DNA of 64,000 nucleotides from Hemiscyllium ocellatum. Lineage: Eukaryota. The position numbers and the translations under genes were made by a program. Location: contig NC_083448.1 of NCBI RefSeq assembly GCF_020745735.1, positions 12,336,006 to 12,400,005 on the forward strand, in the 5' to 3' direction. Below are positions 51,701 through 64,000 of the stretch, in pieces; the stretch's first letter is position 1, and each line of letters starts with the position of its first letter. Below the pieces are notes generated by a model. That model was not told the origin of the DNA. It was given only the letters and a program-made list of their open reading frames with translations, and made no database searches.

Positions 51701-54700
51701 TGAAGATATCAATTTTGAGATTCAATTCAGAGAGACCAGGGTTGGTATAACAAGATTAAAGTATTTAGAACAGGGGACAATAATTGTTTACTTAAATTTA
51801 CCAATCCAGTTTAAGATGAAATCAGGAAACCAGTAATAAAGCTGAACTTTACAAATGTTTCAGGGGAAGCAATGCCTAAGAATGTTTCTCAGTTCCAGAT
51901 TTGTGATTTACTGGACATGTTTTAATGAAGAGTAGGGCTGTTGGAACAGAACTGTGAGTGGGACTGTCAGCATTGCTTTGTAAAGACCAAGCAGCGACTC
52001 TGGCTGAAAGGTTGTCTTTTGTGACATGATGACTCTGGCTTTTAAAAATAGTTGAGAGAATCCAAGAACAAAATTGATAGATGTTGGAAGAATGTTTGAG
52101 AGGTGTAATATTGAGAAATGACAGAAATATTGACGACTACTTTGCAACACTGGCAGTGGTGTTGCATTATATATGAGAGATATGGCAATGGTTAGCATTC
52201 CCTCTCAATTCCTGAACAGAAATTGTTGATATGCTGCATTAAAACAACAGGTCATTAATATACATGTATGTGCAACAGTACAACCACCTTAAGCAAATAA
52301 TGCATTTTCACAAATGAGTCACACATGGTGAAGGGACATAAGATGCAATGGAGAGAGGTACATCCAAGACAAACTGTCTCCAATTATGCCTCATTGCTAC
52401 ATATCAGCACACGTGTACACACATGCAATGTATTTCCTGGGTTGTGGTTTGTCTCGGAACGGTGAGAGAATCCTTGCATGTTTTCACTGTTCTGGCTATA
52501 ACTCATTTGATGTATTGGATAGACAAGATATCCTGTGTCCAAATGATTACTGTTTTGATATTTTTTACAGGCTGCCACAACAATTTCAAAAGCTGCATTA
52601 GATCGACGCAGTAGAAAGCTGACAACGCTACCTACAGATTTCCATTATGATGCAGAAAATATTACCCGGCTGTTTCTTAAACCTAGTGTCACGGTAACGA
52701 GAGCACATTTTCCGATAATGAAAACTGATGAAACATGATTCAAGTCAAAAAAATCTGCTATATTACACTATATTAATGGATGAGTTGATGCATCTTAAAG
52801 GTTTTCAAAAAGATGATACTAATTGGAGTTAGGCTCCGTTATAAAATTGCCCACATAATCACTTATCTTTATAAGTTGTACCTCTCTGGACAAACCGACA
52901 GTTTTACTGGAATGGAACCTGAAAGGATGATTGTCTCATGCTGTTTAGTGGCAGAAAGAAGTGAGGGCAGAAGTTGCCAGTGTTTTGGCGAGGTAAAATA
53001 TTCTAAGAGTGAAAAGGATGACATGAGATTGTGTGCTGTGTTTCTGTCTGTCAGACTGTGCACCAACCCCCCCCATGAAGTTTTCTTTACACTGCTCCAT
53101 TAAGTGCTTGCAGGTTTGATTCAGCATGACGTGCATGGAATGTAATAGTTCTGCTTCCTCTTAGCTAAACCATTGAAGAAGTCCCTTTACTGCACCAGTT
53201 TGACAGTGATTGATAAGAGAGGGTTCTGCTTGAACTGAGGAAAGACCATCAATAACTGATGGATAGCAAACCTCTCAAAATGTGAATTGATGCTGAGATC
53301 CTAGGGTCAAAATCCGAGTTAGGGTCCCAATTTTGATTGTTGGCTTCCCTTGATTTCATCACTTTGATAGATTTTATCGAAATTATTTTCAGGTAAAGCG
53401 GATTGTGAAAGAAAATAATTACATGGATCAAGATGATGGAATTGGGGATTATGATTATAATAATCCCAACGACACATCAAACTTCTGCCCTAGAACACAG
53501 GTTTGTGTTTATTGCTCATGCTCCTTGTGAAGAATTTTGGTCAACTCATCCTTTATTTTGCATGATTACCTTTTCTTATTTTTTTGTACAGCCTGATAGT
53601 GATGATGATCATGATGGATTTGTGGCTGCAAATGATTCCTTTGATGCTGCATTGGAGCAAGATGAGAATGATTTGGAACTGGATGGAAAGGGGTTAAACA
53701 TCACAACCTACGGAGGAGAAAACTTAGTGGCAGAGCCTCAGAAAGTGAGTGGTTTAGAACCTATAATCAAGACTCTCAAGTTATTTTGTTGTGTATTTCA
53801 GGCTGGGGTAGGGATGAGCTGTTTTGTATTTCAGCAGAGTTCTTGAGCCTTCAGCAGCCTTTACAGTGGGATACAAGTAACAGTGACAAAGGTTCTTGTC
53901 GATGGCTCACAACTGTTAATGGTTGGAAGAGTTTTTTGCAGCTGGCACCTGGTTCTGCCAGGCCGGTTATGGACCAGACCATACTCTCCAAAAGTATATC
54001 AAAGAGATAGCCTAGACCCTAACGTGTTATTTTATTTAAAAGCAAGTGGCATGTGCTGTATTCCAGATATGATTTGATTGGTCCACTATGTGACTTTAAG
54101 TAAAACACAATTTACTCTTACACCACAGTTAATATTACAAACAAAAAAATTGTCATAACTTCACCTCTACTGAAATACTGAATAAAATGATATCTCAACT
54201 ACTAATCATCAACTGTTCCAATACAGCAGCATCCCATAAAAACAAGGCAAGGCAAATTCAGCAAAATAGATTTTCTTGATGTGTTATATCCTTTACGGTC
54301 CAGGAGAAAGGAACACTGAAACAAACAATCTCACAGCAGAGAGGGCTGTATCTATTAGCTTCAAATGCCAACTCCAAACCCCAAAGAAAGCAATATGAAA
54401 ACCCTGGATTTATGTGAGCCTGACTCCATCCACTCATGCTTCTTTCGGCTAAATTTTTAAAATAATTTCAGGGAGCTCCAAACTGATTACCCACTGCTTC
54501 TAAAGCAGACATTCCAGCACTGTGACAACACCTTTCGAAGAGAAACAACACAGTCCAAATCTCTCTTTAATGCACAGTATTGTCACAGGATTTTACTTGG
54601 GGAGATTTGCTGCTGCCAATCCACTTCATATCATTTCACAGGGTGTGATCGTATTAAGTAGTGAAGGATTAACCATTGATAGATTTTTGGCAGAACTGGC

Positions 54701-57035
54701 ATGTATTTACTTGACAGGAAAGAGTTTTTTTGCAAGGTTTGTGACAGGAAAGAGTTTTACGTAACAACAATGTGACAGTTTACATGATCTTCGGGCCAAT
54801 GGCTTTTTCCACGTTATTATGTGGTGGATCTTGCAATTTTGAAACTCTAACTGAAAATTACACTCATTTTCAGGTCAACAAAATCCTATTGAATTATTCA
54901 AAGACAGCAAAAAAGATGGATGTGAAAAGATTGAAACAGAACATGTGGGATCTCCTGACTGAAAACAAAAATATTACGGAAGGAAAAGTGAGGAGTGTAC
55001 TCAAGAGGGTTAATAAATGGATTCTTTCATAGCATCCTTGGTCAGTTGCAATGAACTCACTCAATGATTGCAGGATATTTTAAAATATTCCCCTATTATT
55101 AGTACTCATTAGTTGTGGGTTCAAGGCCAACTTAAGATACTCCTAAAATATCTGGTGTCCTTTTCATCATCTACTCACCTCTCCTGATCTGTCAGAAATT
55201 TAACTTGGCAACAGGTGATGAGTGAGTGTGCAAGGCCAAGAGTGGCTTGCCCAGTTGAGGCCCTGAAATGGCCACTAAAGGGTTGCTTTCCACTAAAGTG
55301 CCATTTTGAAGTTGGTTTGAGATTCTAGTGCAGGAACAAAAGTAGCAAATTAGCCTGCTTGGGTTCCATGAGGAAAAGATGATGTGTTGGAATGCTCCTC
55401 TCTCATGGGAGATCGTTCATGCTTACCATACACCTTTCTAATCCACCAAACATATTCTGTCCCATCTAACAAAAGAAACACAGCAGTCTCCCTTTGGTTT
55501 CCTGACCTGACACCCCTGCACCTATCTGGTTCAAGGTTCTCAGTGTTTAAATCTAGAGACTCTGCAACTGTGATTTCCTCCTCCGTTCTGTTTGTCTGAC
55601 TCATGACTGCACATGTGCCACCTCAGTAGGGATGTGTTCCCTGCTGACTTGTTTGGCAACACCTGTAAATTGTAACTCTGTTGAAATAATGATGTTGCTT
55701 CTGAGGGACAGTACTTTGTTGGCTTCAAATGTTACAGCTTAACTTGAGATTGAGCAGGATACTGTAAACAAGTTGACTCTTGTTCATTAAACAGAACGGA
55801 ATGACTGAGGAGCTGCAAGTCGCTGTAATGACAGTGAAAGGACAGCAAAGCTTCACAAACATCACCAAGAATCTGTTTGAAAGGTTTGCTTCTTTTACCA
55901 TGGATGGATTTGTGAACCGTTGGAAATGTGCCATTTCTCAATTCATCCTAAGATCGTTTTGAATCTTGATTAGAACCATATATGACTGCAGCACAGACAG
56001 ATCCTAGGCATGTGACTGAATGTACACTGGTTCTTGAAAGAGAATTACATTCAAGTCCTGAACCATGCAATCTTTTCTCCTTCAATTCTGAGTCACAAAT
56101 GGTCCAACTGATAATTTTAAAAGCACAACCTTAAGAATATCTGAAATGGAATTAAAGTTTCAGGACAGTGGGGGGGGGGGGGGGCGGTGCGGTGCGGTTG
56201 AGTTGCAGACTATGTTTCTTGCATTGACTGCCCTTGTTCTTCCTCATGATGGAAACTGAAACTTCCCATACACCATTGTTTTGGTGGGTCATCTGCCTTG
56301 TTTTTAATCATCCAATGTTTAGGTCAACACTTCAGTTTAATTGTTCTCTTGACTTTTTTCTGCTTTAAAACTTAATGCCTCACGAGGCCATTTCAAAGAG
56401 AAGGCCAGGATTAACAAGTTTGCAGTCATATGTAGTTGAGATTAGATGAAGGAAGCAAAAGATTTCCTTTTCTTTCATGACACATTTGTGCATGAGATAG
56501 AGTGGTACCATTAAAGATTTTTATAGTCATTGCAGAGACTTTTTTTTTATTAGAGATGTGTTTGTGCAGTTTATTTTCTCCAGCTGCCTTAGTGAAATTA
56601 AAAATGTGTCCTGAACCTTGATCCAATCATACCAATGTCATTGCACTTTTGATTATATCCATGGAGACTTGTGTTTAATTTGTGCTCTCTTGTGTTGACA
56701 GATTACCTAGTACAATGGCAAAGAACCTGTCTGTTCCTATGGCATTTGCCTGTTTGCTTCATTTAGCCAATGAAAAGGTATGTATCTTGCACAATTTCAC
56801 TGAGGGGTGCATGAGTGAAGGAACAACATGAGTTACAAGTTAAGTTGCAAGGTTTGCCTTTGTAACCTGCTGACAACAGACAATAGCATCAAGATTCTTA
56901 TGCAGCAGAGAACTGGATCACACTTGGATTGTATGGTGGCATGCAAGTTTAAATCAATATTTTATTATCTTACAGAATCTTGCAATTGAGGGAAAGGAAG
57001 ATTTATCTGATGTTATCATCAGGCAAGGAATCTAA
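39538..57035 (+). CDS. NCAPH: Condensin I kleisin subunit H (CAP-H/barren), 704 aa, 17 coding exons
   Basis: join(39538-39755,40007-40094,44679-44771,46863-46983,47268-47401,47936-48125,49209-49297,49574-49782,51062-51210,51640-51740,52571-52693,53393-53500,53592-53744,54874-54987,55795-55883,56702-56777,56976-57035) = 2115 nt with all phases consistent; motifs [40 protein letters not shown] and [12 protein letters not shown]. Confidence 0.96.
40007..40094 (+). CDS. NCAPH: NCAPH exon 3
   Basis: [22 protein letters not shown]; ttgcag| and |gtaagt. Confidence 0.93.
40200..41080 (+). mobile_element. Old CR1 fragment in NCAPH intron 3
   Basis: Degenerate RT and 3' end (ctggaatactgtg, gcagtccagagaagattcac, aagggttgtggagataaggc). 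Confidence 0.65.
42395..44330 (-). mobile_element. CR1 LINE, 5'-truncated, in NCAPH intron 3
   Basis: [18 protein letters not shown] and [11 protein letters not shown] in minus-strand ORFs; catagaaca tail. Confidence 0.92.
44679..44771 (+). CDS. NCAPH: NCAPH exon 4
   Basis: [31 protein letters not shown]. Confidence 0.95.
44825..45030. mobile_element. Tigger-like MITE remnant
   Basis: Internal repeats (gcgttatagccaat / gcattatagccaat) and end gaacgattgta resembling a CAGT-TA terminus. Confidence 0.35.
46863..46983 (+). CDS. NCAPH: NCAPH exon 5
   Basis: [33 protein letters not shown]; donor |gtgagt. Confidence 0.93.
47268..47401 (+). CDS. NCAPH: NCAPH exon 6
   Basis: [16 protein letters not shown]; phases match the neighbouring exons. 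Confidence 0.9.
47936..48125 (+). CDS. NCAPH: NCAPH exon 7 (GC donor)
   Basis: [16 protein letters not shown]...VEIPDLR; donor AG|gcaagt. Confidence 0.9.
48406..48583. mobile_element. Hammerhead mini-element family A, old inverted pair
   Basis: Flanked by aaagtgttg (48397-48405 and 48584-48592); body gatgctgcctgacctgctgtgctttt..ctccagtatctgcagtactcac; core degenerate. Confidence 0.7.
49209..49297 (+). CDS. NCAPH: NCAPH exon 8
   Basis: [22 protein letters not shown]. Confidence 0.93.
49574..49782 (+). CDS. NCAPH: NCAPH exon 9
   Basis: [21 protein letters not shown]; donor |gtaaga. Confidence 0.92.
49849..50869. mobile_element. Penelope-like element 3' fragment (GIY-YIG endonuclease plus hammerhead) as a ~480-bp inverted repeat
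   Basis: [28 protein letters not shown] on both strands; arms 49883-50362 and 50392-50871; 12-bp TSD aaagcacaagca (49837-49848 and 50870-50881). Confidence 0.93.
50794..50833 (+). ncRNA. Minimal hammerhead ribozyme motif of the Penelope terminus (mirror copy at 49921-49960, minus strand)
   Basis: GCA-CUGAAGA-UGUCACC-UAGAAA-GGGGAU-GAAACGUU^UGC. Confidence 0.65.
51062..51210 (+). CDS. NCAPH: NCAPH exon 10
   Basis: [25 protein letters not shown]. Confidence 0.95.
51640..51740 (+). CDS. NCAPH: NCAPH exon 11
   Basis: [22 protein letters not shown]. Confidence 0.92.
52571..52693 (+). CDS. NCAPH: NCAPH exon 12
   Basis: AATTISK...[10 protein letters not shown]...LFLKP. Confidence 0.93.
53393..53500 (+). 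CDS. NCAPH: NCAPH exon 13
   Basis: [17 protein letters not shown]. Confidence 0.92.
53592..53744 (+). CDS. NCAPH: NCAPH exon 14
   Basis: PDSDDD...[17 protein letters not shown]. Confidence 0.93.
54874..54987 (+). CDS. NCAPH: NCAPH exon 15
   Basis: [28 protein letters not shown]. Confidence 0.93.
55795..55883 (+). CDS. NCAPH: NCAPH exon 16
   Basis: [17 protein letters not shown]; phases fit exons 15 and 17. Confidence 0.85.
56702..56777 (+). CDS. NCAPH: NCAPH exon 17
   Basis: [25 protein letters not shown]. Confidence 0.95.
56976..57035 (+). CDS. NCAPH: NCAPH exon 18 (last coding)
   Basis: [19 protein letters not shown]. Confidence 0.93.
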   Translation, partial: NLAIEGKEDLSDVIIRQGI

Positions 57036-57375
57036 AGACATTCTGACTGTACATACATGTAAACCATAGGTTGGATCGGCTGTACATAGTTGTAAATCTT
57101 TTCTTGAGACAGTGAACCTTGTATCATGCCTGCTACATGACCCCATGGATGCTTTCCTGAGGCATAATTTCTCCTTCATTTGCATAAATAACTTTTTAGT
57201 CTATCAATGGACAAGTTTTCAGTCTTGAAATTATGGTTTTAGATTTAAATGATTTAATACACTTGTGAATATTGCAGAGAGAACTATTCTATTGATATTT
57301 TACTTTTCATCCAACTGTTATGTGAAGACTATTTTAAACTTATATTTTAGGTATTGTCTTTGTAAAACAAAGTGG

Positions 57376-57381
57376 AATAAA
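57376..57381 (+). terminator. NCAPH polyadenylation signal
   Basis: AATAAA ~340 nt after the stop codon, followed by T-rich sequence. Confidence 0.6.
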
Positions 57382-58308
57382 GATTTTTTTCAACTTGTTG
57401 ACAAGGTAGGGGCTTTGCAGGCAAGACCAGTATTTGGTGCCCATCATAATTGTTTCGAACTGCTTTATTAACAACTGAGTGGCTTTCGAGAGGAGTCATT
57501 CACAACCACTCTGGGATCTTGTAAGCTAATCTGTGGGAGGGTAGTATATTTCCTTTTCTTGAAGATATTATTGAATTACTTAGGCTGTCATAATAATGCA
57601 GTAGTTTAATTATGCCTTCTTCTGATCAAGATTGTTTACATTTAAATTTATTTCACAAAATCTACTTGCTCAGCTGTCGTGGTGGAATATGAACTTGTGT
57701 CTTTGAGGCAATTTGCCAGATCGATGGATTGGAAGAAAGGTTCACTGGTTCAAATCTGGGCCTTCTACGCCTGTTATGTGCACGTAACCAGCGCATTTTT
57801 CCCTGGCCATGAAGCTCCTTCCCCATCACCTTTGCTAGCCGACATTGCCCTGAACGGGCTTTACTTACAATCATTTGCAAAATGTGGATAATTTATTGAT
57901 GGTGCTAAGAGGTGAAAATATATTGTGGGTGATTTGGAGATGGAGCGGTCAAGGAAATACAGTTGTGTGGAAGACCTGTTCTGATTACGGGGAGGGGCAG
58001 AGAGAGAGAGAAGAGAAAGAAAAGGGACGATTGAGTTCTTCTTTTTGTCACCAGCCAATGGAAAACTTTTAAATGACCTAATTGTGTTCACATTGCTGTG
58101 TATAAATGGGTAATTTAACATCCTTCAAGTACAATAATAGTCCATCTTATGTAGTATGTAGTAGGTTATTTGTTTTTTATGATAGTGGTTGTCTTTAGCA
58201 AATAAATTTTGCATTCCACTTGTCCCAGACATCAGAGATCGCACATCTGAATAAGAATCGATAAGTTATTTTAGTTAACTTAAATTTTCCTTTCTGCTTC
58301 ACTTCAAA

Positions 58309-58572
58309 GGGGTGGCACACATGTTCAGTGGTGAGCACTGCAGCCTCCCAGCACAACTGACCCAGGTTCAATTCCAGTCTTGGAAAATTGTCTGTGTGGA
58401 GTCTGCGTGCGTTTCCTCCCATAATCCAAAGATGTGCAGGTTCGGTGGATTGGCTATACAAAATTGACTGTCGTATTAGGTGCATTAGTCAGTGGAAATG
58501 TAGAAAAATAAGGGAATAGGTCTGTGTGGACTTATCGGGCTGAAGGTCCTGTTTCCACATTTATAGGCATTC
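58309..58572 (+). mobile_element. HE1-like tRNA-derived SINE
   Basis: ggtggcac..cagtggtgagcactgc (A box), caggttcaattcc (B box), tgtgtggagt..tccaaagatgtgcaggtt body. Confidence 0.8.
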
Positions 58573-61190
58573 TCGGTGCTTGAGGAAGGTGTGAAAAAAT
58601 GAGCTTTTGTTTACAGATGTGTGCTCCCATTCACTTTTGTTGTTTCTATTGGTGTTATATGGGTTGCAATTCCATATAGGGACACACCTCTAGCACCTCA
58701 CTGTCGGTGTCGTGCCAACTGGAGGTAAGAAAGCATTGTTAATATTTCAAATTTAGTAACTTTTCTTTCGAACTCCTTTCATGACCCTTTGGTATTTTTG
58801 GGAAAAAAAACCAAATTCTGTCATCACAGAAATAGCTACTTCATTTTTTTTTAAAGATTTAAAATGTGCCTGATTATCATCAACACATACTAACAATAGA
58901 AACCAAACTGACAAATTTTATGGAGGCTGTTTCTTGTATCCAATTTATGTCCAAGCCAACATTTGCAAATTCTTTCAAGTGTGCAGACACATGTCTTTCT
59001 ACCAGCAGATGAAACATGTGCCAGAACAGACACAGATCATTTTGCCAAACTGGACCAGAAAATGGTTATAGGGCCAGGAAATCACAAGCTAAATTATGAG
59101 AAGAGGCTTGTGAATTACTGCAACAAATTAAGTATTGCTTTGGATGTTGATCATAGATAGGAATATTTACAAAAATGTGACTCATCCAGCTTGTAATTCT
59201 ATACTTATTAAAAGTCATTAGTGGCACAGACATGTACTACTAACAACTCATTCCTACTGCAGTGATTCAGCAAACAGCACGCAAAAGATTTGGCACCAAT
59301 TCTTTACATTTTATTGATTGCTGTCAGTCAAACCTGGTTGTAATGGAGAAGATTAAGCCCACTTGTTCTGGGCTTGTTGGGAATAACATGTGGCTTCCTG
59401 AAAAATTGCTGGTATATTTCCCAATTACACAACAGCTGGTTGTTACTTGAGAAAAGCAACAGTTGGTTCAGGGAATGCTGAATGATCTTGGTTTGACCAG
59501 AAGAAGGATATTTTGCTATTTGTTGCATCCAATTTAACTCCCACTATTGTTCTTCTTAGTCCAGTTTCACAACTTCCATCATTTTAAAGTGCATTCATGG
59601 TCAAGACACAAAGCTAGTAAGACACGATACTAAGTGACAAATGAAAGTCCACAAGTAATTCGCCAGCCTGGGTGTGAATCATTCTGCAACACGTGTGTGT
59701 TTGTGGTTGACAATCTTGTTTAATTTACATCACTTACCACAAAGGCATGCCTGAAAAATAACAACAGGTGGGGCTGTTGTATTTCTGGTCAAGCAGGTCA
59801 TCCTGTCTCTCACACTCTGAAATCTATCTCTCTCAAGGAAGCGAAAGTGCTTCACATCCTTGCTGCCATGCCTTATAACACAACTGCAGTGTGGATCCAA
59901 AGGAAAATCTGTCGTCGAAAGTTAACATAATCCCAGAAGAGATGCAAATGATGATTTTAAAAACAATGATTTAACCAGAGATGATGGGTGTAATATCCCT
60001 GGGGAAAATATATCCTTTCTGCTTTTAATTAGTAAAACATAAAAAAGACCCTATTTAACCTAATCCTCACTTGATGTTTGCCAATGTTTGAAAACTCTAA
60101 ATGTGAAGAATGCAATTGTCTCTCACTGGGATTTCTGTGATCAACTGTCCTCCCATTGAAAAGCTATCTGTGATCGGTTTTTGCTTCCATGCAATTAAAA
60201 AAAATTGTGATATTTTGCCAAACTACAGTCATGAGGCAGAATTTAACAACATTTAAAAATCCACACTCGAAATTTGTTGTGTTCCCTTACTATAAAAGCT
60301 AATAACAGTATTCTTTGGGATCTGATTTAGTGCTTTTCCCTCCTCTTCCCATATGATAATTGGGATAGGGAACATAAACTTCAAACAAAGCAACTGAACA
60401 AACTAAAACAAAACTAATCCCAGTTGGTCAGTTCATGGGCCTGCCAAATTCATAATGTGAACTGTACATTTCCCTACCTCACTCCGAAGATTTCTCAAAG
60501 GCTCTCTTATTCTCTCGCTAAGTATTCCTTGTTTAGATATTTCCTTGTTTTACATAAGTGAAGTTGTAAATATGCAAGTGTTTAATACGACGGTGCAAAC
60601 AAGCAAAAGCTCACTTTCAGGCTAAGAAATCAGAGACAGTATCCTTTTGACTGCGGCGTATTGCAATAGTCATTCAATTGTGGGCAAAAAATTTTTAAAT
60701 CCCTTTACAAGAACATGGACATGTTTCAGAATCAAATTGTTTTGGAAGTATTCAAAACAATAATAATAAAAGCACATAATTGTAGTTTATTTAAAGCATG
60801 AAAAGATTTGAAGTCTATAAAATGTTTAACGTCACAAGTGATCACATACAGCCTTCCGAAGTTAAAAAGGTACTGCCTCTTTAACAAGTATGATCACTGT
60901 TGAGAAGTCAACTCCAACTCACTCAAAAAAGGTCTCATCACCTCTGAACCAGAATACCCAGGTTCTTATCTCACCAATCCTAGAAATGCATCATAACATG
61001 TCTGAACAAGTTGATTCATTTAAAATAAAACCAATGTTTTAGTAGCTGAGATGATCACAGCTTTCGGCCTCCGAGCTGGAAGGATGATGAGAAGTTGGAG
61101 TGAAGTGGTCGAGGTTGAGAATTCCACTGAACAAGTTTGAACAGTCAAGTGAAGTGAAGTTGGAGAAAAGAAAATTATGTGTCCTGAAAT

Positions 61191-61526
<336 letters not shown>

Positions 61527-62919
61527 CTAGAGCAAGGATGGGGGGTGCTCGGACAAAATTCTAATAACTTTCAAGTGTCAACTCATCCTTATCAACGAGT
61601 TTATACAACATGCAGTTTGCTGCCAAGATTCCAAACAGAATTGGAAAATTATGCCAGGGGACGGCACTCCAAGCAGAAACAATTTAGTGAACCAATCAGC
61701 AGCAACATGGGAAACAACTGATGTCTAAATCAAAGAGAGCTAGCTTTGCAAACAAAACCATTGTTCACTCCAAAACATGTGCGGGAGGGAGGAAGAGTGG
61801 ATGGGGGAGGGTGGAAAAGAGGTGGAGTGGAGTATACATGAGTCGGGAAAGGTAATGATGTGCATTGACTAAGTTTGTACATGCAGGAAGACGGACACAT
61901 GAGTGGTGGTTGGAAGGGCTCAAGGGATGTAGAGAGGATGTCACAGCAAACTTGTGTACAAGTGGAACAGGACGGAAATAAACAGGTTCACAGCGAGGAA
62001 GCCTCATGGCCACTATTTTCCACTATTTGCTCAAAGGCAACCTGCTCCTGGTGCCCACTTTTCTCCCAAATCCACTGAAGTTCGTTGGAAAATGTATCAG
62101 TTGGGCCAAGCGTTTTGGTTGGTGTTTGTTTCCAACTCAACCAAGTCAGATTCCCACTCCCTTCCCTGAGGAATGAGGTTTGGATTCAGAGGCCTATCTC
62201 AAATTTGTTTCCAACCACAAAAGGAAAAGATCTGCTGTTGGACACAGTTCAATGCCCATTTTAAATTACTCATTAGAATTGCAGTTTTTGTGCCAAATGT
62301 CATCTTGTGCAACTGGGTGACAAACATACCCAGTTCCCAAATTGTTACCCCTTATGAAAATATGGGACAATTCTGCACAAAACAGTGGGAGTGGCAAAAC
62401 AATTGTGATTAATTAGTTCCAAATATGAAACATAGAGGACCTTTTCTAAATAATTAATTCATGGGGCATTGGTATTCTCTGGCTGGGCCATCATTTATTC
62501 CTGATCCCTAATGGCCCAGAGGATACAAACAGCAATTTTCCATCAGCATGTTTGGATGAAGAGTCACTGGACATGAACTCTGCTTTCTCGCCACAGATGC
62601 TACCAGACAAACTTCACCAATTTGTTTCTGTTTCAGTTCTCCAGCATTGAAAAAATGAAACAAAACTGCCAAAGTTCTAAACATGTCGTCAAAAGAAAAA
62701 TAAATAACAAATATGATAACATGAAGGGTCTCCTCAAGCGCTTCAACAGCAGCACTGAAGAAAGAAGTCAACGAGTCCTGCTGCATCTTCCGATTCCCTA
62801 ACTAAAAAAAGTCTTCCTTTTGAGATGTATTCATCATTTCAAAAGTGACTTGCAGAATAGTGTTTTAAGTACTCAAAACAACCAAATTAATCTAGCATGT
62901 TTAAAAATATCTAGTTTCA

Positions 62920-63129
<210 letters not shown>

Positions 63130-63449
63130 TCACATCGTAAATCAACAACCAGATTAAATAGAATTCAACATCACAGAAGCAACTCGAATAATGGCTTAGA
63201 ATTAACTTTTCACCAGACAATAACTTTCCACTTACTCCTACTCAATGTTTAAAATTTGAAAGATGGTCTTGCCTCTTATGAAAACATTTGTATTATAAAA
63301 GGAATTCCACTTCTGAGAAAGGGTCACCAGAGCTGAAATATTAACCCTGATTTTGCTCAACAGGTGCAGCTAGAGCTGAGTTTTTCCAGCAATTTTTATT
63401 TTTTAAGATGGCTTGTTTCCATGCTGTAGGCACTTTGGCACAACCTCAA

Positions 63450-63693
63450 GGGTAACCCACCGAGACCCATTTCCCTCTGACTAATGCACCTTACACGATG
63501 GGCAATTTAGCATGGTCAATTCACCTGACCTGCACATCTTTGGACTGTGGGAGGAAACCAGACACAGAGGAAACCCACGCAGACATGGGAGAATGTGCAA
63601 ACTCCAAACAGACAGTCACCCGAGGTTGGAATCAAACCTGGGACCCTGGCGCTATAAGGCAGCAGTGCTAACCACTGAGCAACCGTGCCACCC
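63450..63693 (-). mobile_element. HE1-like tRNA-derived SINE
   Basis: Minus strand reads gggtggcacggttgctcagtggttagcactgc..ccaggtttgattcc; same family as 58309. Confidence 0.85.
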
Positions 63694-64000
63694 ATGCTTA
63701 CTTGAAATCACAAGCTAAGTTTCATGTCAGCTGTGACTTTTTTGGAAGGATTTTTGTCTTCAAGTCACAGATTATTGACTGAAGTCCACTCTTGGATTCA
63801 CAACCAAAATTCACATTCCACTGATGGAATACTCAATACAATACTCAGACATGGCCCCTTTTAAACCCCGATAAGCCTCTCTCAAGTGGAAGCAAGATAT
63901 TCCAAAGCACAATTTTGAACAAGTAGGAGGGATCTGTTTGCGTGGAGTTGGTACTTTCCTCCCAGTGTCTGCATAAGTTTCCTCCAGAATCCGCCACAAT

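Noticed and set aside
53385-53400. AG|GTAAAG recursive-splice-like site at the start of exon 13
   Set aside because: The intron is short and the GTA is simply a Val codon; there is no independent support.
53881-54587. Possible solo LTR (gtgaca...tgtcaca), with a similar-looking tract at ~9570-10300
   Set aside because: I could not confirm a TSD or an internal domain by eye.

Overview
Vertebrate genomic DNA, most likely from a shark or other cartilaginous fish (inferred from HE1-like tRNA SINEs and a CR1/Penelope-dominated repeat landscape). Four host genes are supported: the first coding exon of a gamma-glutamyl hydrolase (GGH)-like gene on the minus strand (4625-4715, missed by the ORF track); ITPRIPL1 (single coding exon 13052-14668, probable non-coding exon 1 ending at 5052); a complete NCAPH gene (17 coding exons, 39538-57035, 704 aa, one GC-AG intron); and the last two coding exons of TMEM127 on the minus strand. 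The rest is mostly CR1 LINEs, SINEs, MITEs and Penelope-like elements (PLEs). The most unusual signal is a set of at least three families of tiny (about 100-220 bp) non-coding mobile elements built around a minimal hammerhead-ribozyme core (CUGANGA...GAAACGUH, or a GAAAGCUU-type variant in family C). Many insert as head-to-head inverted pairs, and several have 9-16 bp target-site duplications. One young family has three identical copies. One of these carries 5' tandem repeats that restart exactly at the predicted ribozyme cleavage site, which is a possible genomic footprint of self-cleavage. A related ribozyme-bearing Penelope fragment forms a ~480-bp near-perfect palindrome in NCAPH intron 9. 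All calls were made by eye without database searches.
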